DNA of 64,000 nt, taken from Candidatus Sulfotelmatobacter sp. (lineage in GTDB: Bacteria > Acidobacteriota > Terriglobia > Terriglobales > Acidobacteriaceae). Shown here piece by piece: positions 10,071 to 20,646 of the stretch (positions are counted from its first letter, which is position 1; every line of letters begins with the position of its first letter). The notes under the pieces are model-generated. The model searched no databases and had not been told where the DNA came from. It was given only the letters and a program-made list of their open reading frames with translations. The translations under genes and the position numbers were made by a program. The DNA is taken from the NCBI GenBank assembly GCA_049515395.1, contig JBEKUD010000006.1, positions 11,708 to 75,707 of the forward strand, read 5' to 3'.

Positions 10071-12100
10071 CGCACTCCCATCCAGATCATGAACGCAATC
10101 ACGACCGCGGATCCGGCTGCGACCCATCCCGCATACGAACGAATATTGCCAGACTGCATATGGCGCACTATGTCGGAGACGTGCTTGGCACCATCCCCCG
10201 CGTCATTCACCGCCGCATCGATAATCTTGCGATCCACTCCCTGCCAAAGAATTCGGGTCGAGCCATCGATCAGTGGCTTGACGAAAAGCGCGCCATACAA
10301 TTCATCCACGTAATATTTGTGCAGCAACGTCTGGTACGCGCCCGACATCGAAGCCGCAATCTTGTCGGGCAACTGTGGATTCCGATAATAAAGTTGCCAC
10401 GCGAGTCCAAAGCCGAGCAGGGCGACTACCACAGAAATAGCAGTACACATCAACTCCGTGGAAGCGGCCTTCTTGGGTTCATTTCCCTCGGTTTCTTGTT
10501 CCGGCGTTCCCTTCTCACCCACCGCAGCATTCTGTGCATTGACTGGAGCGCTCCCGTCGAACACCGGCCCGAGAAATTTGTCGAATTGATTGTTTCCACC
10601 CAGTGACCCTGGCACGCCCACATATCCGCCGATCACCGAGAGCACCGCCAGAATCGCCAGCGGGACGACCATCACCTTCGGACTCTCGTGAATGCCACCA
10701 TGGCCGTGGTCTCCGTGCGCATCGTGAGCGGAATGATTTGCATGACCATGTCCCGCATCTGCCTCGCCCCGATATTCGCCGAAGAACGTCAGGAACCAGA
10801 GCCGGAACATGTAGAACGACGTGAGGAACGCCGTGACCAATCCGACCAACCAGTACGCCCAACTCGCTTGGTACGAGCGCCAGAGAATTTCATCCTTGCT
10901 GAAAAATCCCGCCAGTCCCGGTATTCCGGCAATGGCCAAAGTCCCAGCCGTCATGGTCCAGAATGTCCACGGAATCCTGGTGCGCAGCCCACCCATTTTG
11001 CGCATGTCCTGCTCGCCACCCACCGCATGGATCACCGACCCTGCTGCCAGGAACAGCAGTCCCTTGAAGAATGCATGCGTCATCAGGTGGAAGATGCCGG
11101 CGGAGAACGCTCCTACACCGCAAGCCATGAACATGTATCCAAGCTGAGAGATGGTGGAATAGGCAAGGACCTTCTTGATATCAGTCTGCGCAACGCCAAT
11201 CGTCGCGGCGAAGAAAGCGGTCAGTGTTCCGATAATCGCCACCACCGTCAGTGCGATCGGCGCCCGCTCAAAAATCACATGCGAACGTGAAACCATGTAA
11301 ACGCCCGCAGTAACCATGGTGGCAGCGTGAATCAGCGCCGAAACCGGCGTTGGACCTTCCATCGCATCCGGAAGCCAGATATAGAGCGGAATCTGCGCCG
11401 ATTTGCCGCAAGCTCCTACCATCAGCAGAATTCCGATCGTCGTGAGCAGTCCGGCGCCGGCAGTCTCTGCTCCCAGCGGTGTGATGCTCTGAAACACTTG
11501 ATCAAAATTCAGCGAGCCAAAATGCTTGATCAACAAGAACAATGCGATCAGAAACCCGAAATCGCCAATGCGATTTACGATGAACGCTTTTTTGCCCGCT
11601 GACGCCGCTGAATCCTTGGTGAACCAAAATCCAATCAGCAGATAAGACGCCAGTCCAACGCCCTCCCAGCCGATAAACATCAGCAGGTAGTTACTGGCCA
11701 GCACCAGCGTCAGCATGAAGAACATGAACAGGTTCAGATAGCTGAAGAAGCGGTAGTAGCTGGGTTCGTCCCACATGTAACCGACGGAATAGATATGAAT
11801 CAGAAATCCCACACCGGTGACCACCAGCAACATGACCAGCGAGAGTTGATCCAGATAGAAGGCGAAGTCGACACGGAAAGTGCCGGAGCGAATCCAGTGA
11901 GCGAGATACTCGTGGTAGGGAAGCGTCAGCGACGAAAAGCGTGCCACGACCGACAAAGCCATCGCAAACGCTGCGCCGCTGAAAAACAGTGCGATGGTAG
12001 TCACGGCATGCCTCGACGACCTCTTACCGAGAAAACCGTTAATCGCAGCCCCCGCGAGCGGCAGAACGGGGATCAGCCATAGATTGAGCATCGGATTCAT
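10067..12100 (-). CDS. nuoL: NADH-quinone oxidoreductase subunit L
   Basis: Motifs: [41 protein letters not shown]-terminal lateral-helix region with a His-rich insert. Start placed at MNPMLNLW (12100), overlapping the nuoK stop by 4 nt. Confidence 0.93.
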   Translation of the reverse strand: MNPMLNLWLIPVLPLAGAAINGFLGKRSSRHAVTTIALFFSGAAFAMALSVVARFSSLTLPYHEYLAHWIRSGTFRVDFAFYLDQLSLVMLLVVTGVGFLIHIYSVGYMWDEPSYYRFFSYLNLFMFFMLTLVLASNYLLMFIGWEGVGLASYLLIGFWFTKDSAASAGKKAFIVNRIGDFGFLIALFLLIKHFGSLNFDQVFQSITPLGAETAGAGLLTTIGILLMVGACGKSAQIPLYIWLPDAMEGPTPVSALIHAATMVTAGVYMVSRSHVIFERAPIALTVVAIIGTLTAFFAATIGVAQTDIKKVLAYSTISQLGYMFMACGVGAFSAGIFHLMTHAFFKGLLFLAAGSVIHAVGGEQDMRKMGGLRTRIPWTFWTMTAGTLAIAGIPGLAGFFSKDEILWRSYQASWAYWLVGLVTAFLTSFYMFRLWFLTFFGEYRGEADAGHGHANHSAHDAHGDHGHGGIHESPKVMVVPLAILAVLSVIGGYVGVPGSLGGNNQFDKFLGPVFDGSAPVNAQNAAVGEKGTPEQETEGNEPKKAASTELMCTAISVVVALLGFGLAWQLYYRNPQLPDKIAASMSGAYQTLLHKYYVDELYGALFVKPLIDGSTRILWQGVDRKIIDAAVNDAGDGAKHVSDIVRHMQSGNIRSYAGWVAAGSAVVIAFMIWMGVR

Positions 12101-12399
12101 AGCTTGAGCAGGTTCACCTGATCCACATTCAAAGTCTCGCGCGTGCGGTACACGGCGATTATGATCGCCAGTCCTACCGCCGCTTCCGCCGCCGCCACTA
12201 CCATCACAAAGAAGACAAATACCTGCCCGGAAAGCGCATGCCAATGCGCCGCGTATGCCACAAACGAAAGATTTACGCCGTTCAGCATCAGCTCAATCGA
12301 CATGAAGATGGTGATGATGTTGCGCTTGATCAGAAATCCGGCGACACCGCACGCAAATAGAAATCCGCTAAGCACCAGGTAATAAGAGAGCGGCACCAT
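12097..12399 (-). CDS. nuoK: NADH-quinone oxidoreductase subunit K
   Basis: 100 aa, three TM helices, [11 protein letters not shown] motif. TGATG overlap with nuoJ. Confidence 0.93.
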   Translation of the reverse strand: MVPLSYYLVLSGFLFACGVAGFLIKRNIITIFMSIELMLNGVNLSFVAYAAHWHALSGQVFVFFVMVVAAAEAAVGLAIIIAVYRTRETLNVDQVNLLKL

Positions 12400-12917
12400 C
12401 AGTCCACCTTCCTGGCCGTAGACTCCGGCTTGCTGGCCAGCACCACCGCTCCCATGATGGCGATCAGGATCAACACGGAGGTCACTTCAAACGGCAAAAG
12501 GAAATCATGAAAGAGTAGCTGTGCAATGTCTGTCGGATGTCCAGGCAAGGCCCCGATCGCCACCGCTTCTGTCCCGGAATGCCGCAGGACCACCCATGCG
12601 GTAAGCACGCTCCCGGTCAGCACTCCTGGCACGCCGAGTAGAAAAGCGGCGCGGCTTCCTCTGGTCTCTTCCTCTTCGCCCGCGTTCAGCAGCATGATGA
12701 CAAATACGAACAGCACCATAATCGCGCCCGCATAAACAATCACCTGCACCGCGGCGACGAATTCCGCGCCCAGCAGCAAGTATTCGCCAGCCAGCGCCGC
12801 CATCACGGCGATCAGCGATAGCGCACTGTTGATCGGATGCCGCTGCGCCAGCAGATTCACCGCACCGCCTACGCAGACCGCGCCGAACGCCAGAAATAAG
12901 ATGAGATGAAAACTCAT
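12399..12917 (-). CDS. nuoJ: NADH-quinone oxidoreductase subunit J
   Basis: 172-aa membrane protein in the expected position, with [17 protein letters not shown]. Confidence 0.9.
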   Translation of the reverse strand: MSFHLILFLAFGAVCVGGAVNLLAQRHPINSALSLIAVMAALAGEYLLLGAEFVAAVQVIVYAGAIMVLFVFVIMLLNAGEEEETRGSRAAFLLGVPGVLTGSVLTAWVVLRHSGTEAVAIGALPGHPTDIAQLLFHDFLLPFEVTSVLILIAIMGAVVLASKPESTARKVD

Positions 12918-13010
12918 AAGAACAGTTGTCAGTTGTCAGTTTCTAGTCGCCAGTAACTTCCATATGCCAGTGTCTCAGCGCCTGTACTCGCAACCGGCAA
13001 CTGGTTTTTT

Positions 13011-14102
13011 CTACCAAGCCACGACAATCGCCGTTACCATCAGATTTGCAATCGCCAGGGGTAGCAAAAACTTCCAGCCAAAAGACATCAGTTGATCGTA
13101 ACGGAAACGCGGCAACGTCCCGCGCACCCAGATGTAAAGAAATAGAAAACAGAAAACTTTGGCCACAAACCAGAACACAGGCAGCAAAGCCCGCATCAGT
13201 GGCGGCCCGGCCAGCGGCCCGTGCCATCCGCCAAAAAATAAAAGCGTGGCCACGCAAGCTACCGTAATCATATTGGCGTACTCGGCCATGAAGAACATGG
13301 CAAATTTCATCGAGCTGTATTCGGTGTGATACCCCGCCACCAGTTCGGTTTCAGCTTCGGGTAAATCGAATGGGATACGATTCGTTTCCGCGTAGGCCGC
13401 CATCAGATATATAAAGAAGCCAACGAACTGCCAGTGGAAAATATTCCACCGCGGAATGAAACCGAGGAAGCGTCCTCCCTGGGCATCGACGATTGCGCGT
13501 AAGCTGAAACTGCCAGACTGAATCAAGACGCCAACCAGCGAAAGGCCAAGCGCCACTTCGTAGCTGACCATCTGCGCGCTGGCCCGCAACCCACCAAGCA
13601 GCGAATATTTATTGTTGGACGACCAACCCGCGAGCGCCACGCCATAGACGCCCATCGAGGTCACGCCCAGAATCAGCAGCAGCCCGATATTTACATCGGT
13701 AATCTGCAGCGGAATGCTGTACCCAAAAAGCGTAATCGAATTGCCGAACGGAATCACCGAAATCGAAGTCAGCGCAAAGATCACCGCCATCATCGGAGCG
13801 GCCAGAAATAGCGGCTTGTAAACGTGCGGCGGAGTCAGATCTTCTTTGAACAGAAATTTTAGCCCGTCGGCCGCCGGCTGCAGCAGCCCGAACGGCCCCA
13901 CCCGCGTGGGTCCCCATCGGTTCTGCATGCGACCTACGACCTTGCGTTCCAGCCACACTGTATACGCCACGGCGGTAAGCAGCACGATCAAAACCACCAG
14001 CGACTTAATCACCGACACGAGTATGAAAACGCCAACGGACAAGGCCTCTGCTTCCTCTCTAAAATACCGCGATTCATCGATACAAGAATCAGTCTGCCGC
14101 AA
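13011..14102 (-). CDS. nuoH: NADH-quinone oxidoreductase subunit H
   Basis: Motifs: ERKVVGRMQNRWGPTRVGPFGLLQPAADGLK, AETNRIPFDLPEAETELVAGYHTEYS. The start is uncertain: the ORF start overlaps the nuoG stop by 14 nt, and an internal GTG is possible. Confidence 0.92.
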   Translation of the reverse strand: MRQTDSCIDESRYFREEAEALSVGVFILVSVIKSLVVLIVLLTAVAYTVWLERKVVGRMQNRWGPTRVGPFGLLQPAADGLKFLFKEDLTPPHVYKPLFLAAPMMAVIFALTSISVIPFGNSITLFGYSIPLQITDVNIGLLLILGVTSMGVYGVALAGWSSNNKYSLLGGLRASAQMVSYEVALGLSLVGVLIQSGSFSLRAIVDAQGGRFLGFIPRWNIFHWQFVGFFIYLMAAYAETNRIPFDLPEAETELVAGYHTEYSSMKFAMFFMAEYANMITVACVATLLFFGGWHGPLAGPPLMRALLPVFWFVAKVFCFLFLYIWVRGTLPRFRYDQLMSFGWKFLLPLAIANLMVTAIVVAW

Positions 14103-16458
14103 CTTCGGTGGGCCTCACTTCGTGACTCTCCACCACCGACTTCAATGCGCGAGAATAGCGTCCCAAAGTTCCAGAACTGAAAAGATCATCATTCGCCGGA
14201 GCAATGGATTCCGGCTGATGCGCGACTGCTTCCCCGGCTTCGGCCAGCGATGTCGGTTGACTGTTCCCCGCCAGCAGATTCATGCGGGATACGTCGTAGC
14301 CGGGAACCAGCCGCTGAATTTCATCCAGAATCGCCGTTGGATCGAACGGACTCATCTTTGGCTCCAGTCCATGTGCCTCCAGCCAAACCGCGTGACGGTC
14401 GGCCTCGCCTGACTGTGCTCCACGAGACTGTCCCATGTCGGCATGCGTGCCTGCGCGTACACCTTGGCCAAACGGCACAAGCTTGCGAACCTCAAAGCCC
14501 ATCGCATCGGCGATGCGAACGATCATCTCGAAGTCACTTTTCGTGCCCGTAACCTCGCCCGCCTTTTTTAGCAGCTGTAAATCGCCGCAGGTATTGGTGA
14601 ACATGCCCGATTTCTCGTAAGCATTCGCCGCGGGCAAAACCACATCGGCCATCACCGCCGTCTCCGTTAGGAACATGTCCTGCACAACCACGAAACTCTT
14701 AGAGAACGCGAATGGATCGATGTTGAGCCTCCCGATCGGATTCGATCCCACAACGTAAAGCGCCTTCACCTTGCCCGCTTTTCCGGCTTCAACCATCCCC
14801 GCTATATCAAGCCCGGCGCCCTGCGGTATTTCTCCCCACTCCCGATGAAACTCGGTGTTCCCCGCGACAGGGTGATAACCGGGAAGCAATTCGGGATACA
14901 AACCCATGTCGGCTGCCCCGCGGGAATTCGCGTAATCCGCCAGACATACAAACTTCGCGCCTGAGATCGCAGCTCCAAACTTAACAAGACTGCCGAGATC
15001 GGTGCCGCGAATCTCCGAACCGAACACAATCACGAGATTTTGCTCACCCTGCAGTTTCTCGCGCAGCGCAATCCAGGCATCCTTATTTGTCGATGGACTG
15101 ATGAGGGCATCCGCGGCCGAGTCGTCGCCGGCCAAGAAGCCCGCAACTTGTCCTTCTGTTCCCACCGGTATTTGCGTGAAAGTCGTTGCCTGCCGCCGCA
15201 ATTTGATCGGGTTCGAATTAATCACGTAAAGCCGGCCCCGATGCAGGCGCACGTTGTTGCGAATCTGCCAGGCGAACAGAGGATGCTGCTCCGTCGGGTC
15301 ATTCCCGATCAGCAGAACAGCTAGCGCAGTAAAAACATCCGCCATGCTCGCCGTGCGATCCGCTTTCCCGCGAAGCGCAGCAGCCAGGGCAGGGAAGTCT
15401 GCGGTCCGGTGGTGATCGACATTATTTGTTCTCAAAACCACCCGGGCAAACTTGGAGAGAAGATAATCTTCTTCATTCGTAGTTCGCGTCGATCCGATAA
15501 CGCCAATTGCCGCTCCACCATCGCGGTCGCGAACTTCCGCAAGTTTCTTGCCAATCAGCTCAAACGCGTCTTCCCAGGTCGCGGGAGTCAGCTTGCCGTC
15601 TTTGCGAATCAGCGGCGTCGTAAGACGTTCTTCATGGTTTGCAAAATCAAAAGCATACCGACCCTTGATGCAGAGGAAGTCTCCGTTCATGCCGCTCTTA
15701 TCGCGATTGTCGCCGCGAACAATTTCCATTCCTGTATCAGAGCGCCGCACGCCAAGTGTCGTCTTGCACCCGTCGCCGCAGTGCGTGCAGATCGTGCCTA
15801 CATGCTTCATCTCCCACGGACGCGTTTTGTAACGGTACGCGCCGGAAGTGAGCGCGCCCACCGGACAGATGTCGATGCACATGCCGCACTCTTCACACTC
15901 CAGATGATCTTCTTTATTCGGCGCAATGATCGAACTCACTCCACGGTTCTGCACGCCCAGCGCCCAAACGTCCATGCCCTCTCCGCAAACGCGTACGCAG
16001 CGATAGCAGAGGATGCATCGCGGACGATCGAAGAACACGATCGGCGACCACTGCTGCTCATCCTTGTGGTTCTTAGCCTCCATGAACCTCGATTCGGCTG
16101 CACCATAGGAGAACGTCATATCCTGCAGTTCGCACTCGCCGCCCGCATCGCATACCGGACAATCCAGCGGGTGGTTTCCCAGTAGCAACTCCACCATCGA
16201 TTTCCGCGCCTGCTTGATCTCGTCGCTGTCGGAAGTCACCATCATGCCTTCGCTGATCACCGTAGTGCACGCGGTTTGCAGCTTGGGCATCTTCTCGATC
16301 TTCACCAGACACATGCGGCAAGCGCCCTGCAGCGAGAGATTGGGGTAGTAGCAAAACGAAGGCACTTCAATGCCCACGGTTTTGCACGCCTCAATCAGCA
16401 GCGTTCCTGCCGGGGCCGTCACCTTTCTGCCGTCTACTGTAAGTGTTACGTCAGCCAT
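14089..16458 (-). CDS. nuoG: NADH-quinone oxidoreductase subunit G (75-kDa Fe-S subunit)
   Basis: N-terminal 2Fe-2S and 4Fe-4S Cys motifs (CYYPNLSLQGACRMC, HPLDCPVCDAGGECELQD, CILCYRCVRVC, CEECGMCIDICPVGA), followed by a molybdopterin-oxidoreductase-like domain. Confidence 0.95.
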   Translation of the reverse strand: MADVTLTVDGRKVTAPAGTLLIEACKTVGIEVPSFCYYPNLSLQGACRMCLVKIEKMPKLQTACTTVISEGMMVTSDSDEIKQARKSMVELLLGNHPLDCPVCDAGGECELQDMTFSYGAAESRFMEAKNHKDEQQWSPIVFFDRPRCILCYRCVRVCGEGMDVWALGVQNRGVSSIIAPNKEDHLECEECGMCIDICPVGALTSGAYRYKTRPWEMKHVGTICTHCGDGCKTTLGVRRSDTGMEIVRGDNRDKSGMNGDFLCIKGRYAFDFANHEERLTTPLIRKDGKLTPATWEDAFELIGKKLAEVRDRDGGAAIGVIGSTRTTNEEDYLLSKFARVVLRTNNVDHHRTADFPALAAALRGKADRTASMADVFTALAVLLIGNDPTEQHPLFAWQIRNNVRLHRGRLYVINSNPIKLRRQATTFTQIPVGTEGQVAGFLAGDDSAADALISPSTNKDAWIALREKLQGEQNLVIVFGSEIRGTDLGSLVKFGAAISGAKFVCLADYANSRGAADMGLYPELLPGYHPVAGNTEFHREWGEIPQGAGLDIAGMVEAGKAGKVKALYVVGSNPIGRLNIDPFAFSKSFVVVQDMFLTETAVMADVVLPAANAYEKSGMFTNTCGDLQLLKKAGEVTGTKSDFEMIVRIADAMGFEVRKLVPFGQGVRAGTHADMGQSRGAQSGEADRHAVWLEAHGLEPKMSPFDPTAILDEIQRLVPGYDVSRMNLLAGNSQPTSLAEAGEAVAHQPESIAPANDDLFSSGTLGRYSRALKSVVESHEVRPTEVAAD

Positions 16459-16465
16459 GAGAAAT

Positions 16466-17788
16466 TTAGTGAGCTAGAACCGGCAACTCTTCCACCGCTC
16501 CTTCTTTTTCGTAAGGGCACGGTCTGCCTTCCAGGTGGTCTTCAAACTCCTTGCGGAATTTCTTCACAAACGCGATCGTCGGCATTGCCGCCGCATCACC
16601 CAGCGGACAAAATGTCCGCCCCAGCATGTTCTCCGACAAGTACTGCATGTTGTCGATGTCCTTCTTAACGCCGCCTCCGCGATGAAAACGCGTCAACGTC
16701 TTCTCCAGCCAGTCCGTGCCTTCGCGGCAAGGGATGCACCATCCGCAACTCTCGTGCTTGTAAAACTTCATGGTCCGCAACGCGAATTTCACCATGCACT
16801 GTGCGTCGTCGATGACGACCACCCCGCCCGAACCCAGCATTGATCCAGCCTTCGCGACCGAATCGAAATCCATGGCGACGTCGATTTCGTTAGCCGTTAA
16901 GCACGGAGTAGAAGACCCTCCGGGCACAACCGCTTTCAACTGGCGTCCATTCGGAATCCCCCCGCCCACTTCGTAAATCATCTTCTTCAAGTTGTAGCCC
17001 ATGGGCAATTCGTAGACGCCGGGCTTCGCAACATTTCCACTCAGGCAAAACAGACGCGTCCCACCATTTTTTGGCGTACCAATCCCCGCATACCACGCCG
17101 CCCCGCCCAGCATGATGTGCGGCACGCTGGCCAGTGTTTCCGCATTATTGATGACTGTAGGTCCGCCCCACAGCCCCACCACGGCAGGAAACGGAGGCCG
17201 AATCCGGGGAATGCCGCGCTTACCCTCTAGCGATTCCATCAACGCCGATTCCTCACCCACTTCATATGCCCCAGCGCCGCCGTGCCAGAAAATATCGAAG
17301 TCTCGCCCGCTCCCAAAAATGTTCTTACCCAAGAAGCCCTTGGCGTAAGCATCGCGGATCGCCTTCTGCATGATGATCGATAGGTATCGATATTCACCGC
17401 GAATATAGATGTAACCGCTGCCCGCGCCCACCGCCAGCCCGCCAATCATCACCCCTTCGATCACCGCATGCGGATCGTGCTCGAAAATCAACCGGTCTTT
17501 ACAGGTCCCCGGCTCGCTCTCATCGCCATTGCAAAGAACGTACTTCGGCTTGGCCGATTGCTTGGGCACGAACGACCACTTCATCCCCGTCGAGAACCCC
17601 GCGCCGCCGCGCCCCCGCAGACCGGAATTCTTCACCTCATTAATGATGGCGTCCGGTTCCATGCTGAGCGCCTTCCGCACCGCTTTGTAGCCGTCCAGTT
17701 CGAGATAACGGTCGATATTTGTCGCGCCCATGCCAAAGCGCCGGGTGACGACCTTTATCTCGTCGAGATGGGAAACCAAATCAGCCAT
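16466..17788 (-). CDS. nuoF: NADH-quinone oxidoreductase subunit F (NADH/FMN-binding)
   Basis: Motifs: GLRGRGGAGFSTGMKWSF, GESCGWCIPCREG. Start placed at MADLVSHL (17788), which fits the N-terminal length of homologues. The alternative start is 17836. Confidence 0.93.
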   Translation of the reverse strand: MADLVSHLDEIKVVTRRFGMGATNIDRYLELDGYKAVRKALSMEPDAIINEVKNSGLRGRGGAGFSTGMKWSFVPKQSAKPKYVLCNGDESEPGTCKDRLIFEHDPHAVIEGVMIGGLAVGAGSGYIYIRGEYRYLSIIMQKAIRDAYAKGFLGKNIFGSGRDFDIFWHGGAGAYEVGEESALMESLEGKRGIPRIRPPFPAVVGLWGGPTVINNAETLASVPHIMLGGAAWYAGIGTPKNGGTRLFCLSGNVAKPGVYELPMGYNLKKMIYEVGGGIPNGRQLKAVVPGGSSTPCLTANEIDVAMDFDSVAKAGSMLGSGGVVVIDDAQCMVKFALRTMKFYKHESCGWCIPCREGTDWLEKTLTRFHRGGGVKKDIDNMQYLSENMLGRTFCPLGDAAAMPTIAFVKKFRKEFEDHLEGRPCPYEKEGAVEELPVLAH

Positions 17789-17854
17789 AAAAGTGTCGGA
17801 TTTTCGAATGCCGATTGCCAATGGAAAGCAATCCAAATTGGAAATCGGAAATCT

Positions 17855-18337
17855 CTACTGTGTTGCCTTCTTCCTGTACTCGTCCAGAACCAGGTCAATC
17901 TTCTCCGCCGTCAGATTCTCATGGAAGTCGTAATTAACCTGCGCCGCCGGAGCCCAACTGCACGCTCCAATGCATTCCACTTCTTCCAAAGAAAACAATC
18001 CATCTGAAGTCGTCCCGTGGTTCCCCACACCCAATTTCTTGGCGCAGTGGCGCAAAATCTCTTCTCCGCCTCGCACCAGGCAGCTGATATTCGTACAAAT
18101 CTGCACGTTAAACTTCCCACGCGGCTTGGTCGTCAGCATCGAGTAATAGCTGATCACATTCCGCACTTCGAGCTCCGTCAGATCAAGTCGTCCCGCCAGT
18201 TCCGTGATCACTTCGTCGGAAAGAAATCCAACTTCATCCTGCGCATAAAGGAGGGTGGGCACCAGAGCCGACCTCTTGGTGGGATAGTGCGGTACCATCT
18301 CCACAAACCGCGCCTCGAATTCGTCGGAAAATCTCAT
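17855..18337 (-). CDS. nuoE: NADH-quinone oxidoreductase subunit E (2Fe-2S)
   Basis: 160 aa, thioredoxin-like 2Fe-2S pattern (VQICTNISC...ECIGAC). ATGA overlap with the nuoD stop. Confidence 0.93.
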   Translation of the reverse strand: MRFSDEFEARFVEMVPHYPTKRSALVPTLLYAQDEVGFLSDEVITELAGRLDLTELEVRNVISYYSMLTTKPRGKFNVQICTNISCLVRGGEEILRHCAKKLGVGNHGTTSDGLFSLEEVECIGACSWAPAAQVNYDFHENLTAEKIDLVLDEYRKKATQ

Positions 18338-19539
18338 CGATCGATTTCTCCAAGGACGATATCAATCGATCCGATGGCTGCCACCACATCCGCAATCAAC
18401 CCGCCCTCGCACATCTTGGGCAATGTCTGCAGGTTCGCCAAACAAGCGGCCCGCATGTGCACTCGGTACGGCTTCGCCGTGCCGTCGCTCACCACGTAGT
18501 ACCCCATCTCGCCGCGCGGTGACTCGACCGCTTGATACACTTCGCCCGCAGGAACCGCAAAACCTTCCGTAATGATCTTGAAGTGGTAGATGAGCGCTTC
18601 CATCTGCGTCTTCATCTTTTCGCGGTCGGGAAGCACGACCCCAGGAGCATCCGCTTTGATTGGGCCTTCCGGCATGCCGTCGAGCGCCTGCTGCACAATC
18701 GTGTTTGACTCACGCAGTTCCCTCACCCGGCACATGTACCGGGCAAAAACGTCGCCTTCCTGCGCCACCGGAACCTTGAACTTAAAATTCTCATAGCCCG
18801 AGTAAGGCATATCGCGCCGCAAATCGATATCCACGCCACTTCCGCGCAACGTGGGGCCGCTGGCTCCGAGCGCGATGGCATCCTCCGCAGTCATTCGAGC
18901 CACGCCCTTGGTTCGCATCATCCAGATGGGATTTCCCGTTAGCAGATTTTCGTATTCGTCCACCCTGCCCGGAAAGCGTCCGGCAAAATCGCGCACCCGC
19001 GCAAAGAATCCCAGCGGCGGTTCCAGCGCTAGTCCTCCTATACGAAAATAGCTGGTCATCATGCGCTGCCCGCTGATCATCTCGAACATCTTCAAAATTT
19101 CTTCGCGCTCGCGGAAGCAGTATAGGAATACAGTCATGGCGCCGAGGTCCAGCGCGTGCGTGCCCAGCCACACCAGATGCGAATTGATGCGCGTCAGTTC
19201 GTTCATCAGAACCCGCATCCACTGCGCCTTCGGAGGAATCTCCAGCCCCAACAACTTCTCCACGGCCAGCACATAGCAAAGATTGTTGGTCATGGGGCAC
19301 AGATAGTCGATGCGGTCGGTCAGTGGCACTACCTGCTGGTAGAACTTCGCCTCGCAAGTCTTTTCGATACCCGTATGCAGAAAGCCGATGTCCGGCATCA
19401 TCCGCACCACGGTCTCGCCATCAATCTCCAGCAGCACCCGCAGCACGCCATGCGTGGATGGATGCTGCGGCCCCATGTTCAAGATCATGGTGCGATCTTG
19501 TCCGGGCTCTAGGACGGGCGTCGGTGACAGGTGCGCCAT
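18334..19539 (-). CDS. nuoD: NADH-quinone oxidoreductase subunit D
   Basis: 401 aa: MILNMGPQHPSTHGVLR, HTGIEK, ends IDIVLGEIDR. Confidence 0.95.
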   Translation of the reverse strand: MAHLSPTPVLEPGQDRTMILNMGPQHPSTHGVLRVLLEIDGETVVRMMPDIGFLHTGIEKTCEAKFYQQVVPLTDRIDYLCPMTNNLCYVLAVEKLLGLEIPPKAQWMRVLMNELTRINSHLVWLGTHALDLGAMTVFLYCFREREEILKMFEMISGQRMMTSYFRIGGLALEPPLGFFARVRDFAGRFPGRVDEYENLLTGNPIWMMRTKGVARMTAEDAIALGASGPTLRGSGVDIDLRRDMPYSGYENFKFKVPVAQEGDVFARYMCRVRELRESNTIVQQALDGMPEGPIKADAPGVVLPDREKMKTQMEALIYHFKIITEGFAVPAGEVYQAVESPRGEMGYYVVSDGTAKPYRVHMRAACLANLQTLPKMCEGGLIADVVAAIGSIDIVLGEIDR

Positions 19540-19540
19540 A

Positions 19541-20038
19541 TCAGCGGTAACCCTCCACCGGATAATCTTTGCGCAAAGGATGGCCTTCCCAATCCTCCGG
19601 CATCAAAATCCGCTGCAAATACGGATGTCCACTAAAGCGAATCCCGAATAGATCGAAAACTTCACGCTCGAAATAGTTGGCTCCAGGCCAAACCGACGTC
19701 AGCGACTCCACTACCGGACTGGAGCTGTCCAGCCGCACTTTGAGTCGCACACGTTCCCTGTGAGGGATTGAAAGCAGATGGTAAATCACCTCAAACCGAG
19801 GTTCTGCAGGATACCAATCCACGCAGGTGACATCGGACAGGAAGTTGAACGCGCACGCCGGACTGTCCCGCAGCAGGGCACAAGTTTCGCGAATGTGTGC
19901 GGCATCGATGTAAATGGTCATCTCGTCACGGTCGAACTTAACTCCCGTGACAGCCGCCGGATTCCAGGTCAGTAACCGCGCCACTGCCGGGTGATCCTTC
20001 AGTTGCTCAAGATCGGTAATCGCGGGTGCCAAAGCCAT
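19541..20038 (-). CDS. nuoC: NADH-quinone oxidoreductase subunit C
   Basis: Core motifs: WPGANYFEREVFDLFGIRFSGHP, EDWEGHPLRKDYP. Start placed at MALAPAIT (20038), which forms a TGATG overlap with the nuoA stop. The upstream extension of the ORF lies inside nuoA. Confidence 0.9.
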   Translation of the reverse strand: MALAPAITDLEQLKDHPAVARLLTWNPAAVTGVKFDRDEMTIYIDAAHIRETCALLRDSPACAFNFLSDVTCVDWYPAEPRFEVIYHLLSIPHRERVRLKVRLDSSSPVVESLTSVWPGANYFEREVFDLFGIRFSGHPYLQRILMPEDWEGHPLRKDYPVEGYR

Positions 20039-20433
20039 CAGCGTGTTCCCCGCCTCGCAACTTCCGGACCCCAGTCCAGCACGCCCTTCTTCCACACATA
20101 GAAAAATCCGACCAGAACAATGCCGATGTATACAAACATTTCCCACAGACCGAAATGCTTGAGATCGCGCAGAATGACCGCCCAGGGATAGAGAAAAACG
20201 GCCTCGACATCGAACAAAATAAACAACATCGCCACCAGGTAAAACTGCACCGAGAAGCGCCCGCGCGAGTCTCCCACCGGCGTCATGCCGCACTCGTAAG
20301 CTTCCATTTTCGCCCGAGTCGGTTTACGCTGCCCGATCAGCCAGGAAAGCAAGATAATGGCTGTCGCAATTCCACCCGCCAGCAGAATGTGGATGAGGAA
20401 TGGCAGGTAGCGAGCGAAATAATTGTCGGGCAT
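20038..20433 (-). CDS. nuoA: NADH-quinone oxidoreductase subunit A
   Basis: 131 aa with YECGM, FSVQFYLVAMLFILFDVEAVFLYPW. First gene of the operon. Confidence 0.93.
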   Translation of the reverse strand: MPDNYFARYLPFLIHILLAGGIATAIILLSWLIGQRKPTRAKMEAYECGMTPVGDSRGRFSVQFYLVAMLFILFDVEAVFLYPWAVILRDLKHFGLWEMFVYIGIVLVGFFYVWKKGVLDWGPEVARRGTR

Positions 20434-20646
20434 AGGAGAGCGTATATATAATTCGCGCCAAGCAAGTTACATAAACATTCTAGATTAGGGGCTGGCGCGC
20501 GCGAGTGTCAAGGGAACCAGGAAGAATTTGGCGATGATGCAATCAGCGATCGAAATTCGAGTCCTGATTACCCCGCAAACGTTGTAAGCTCAGGGTGCCT
20601 CGGGTTCCACTTGCAGAATTAAGGAAGCACGCGATACTCAATTCCT

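Noticed and set aside
12943-13257. 104-aa minus-strand ORF at the nuoH/nuoJ junction that might have been a short nuoI.
   Set aside because: It lies mostly inside nuoH in another frame and has no 2x CxxCxxCxxxCP ferredoxin motifs. It is not NuoI.
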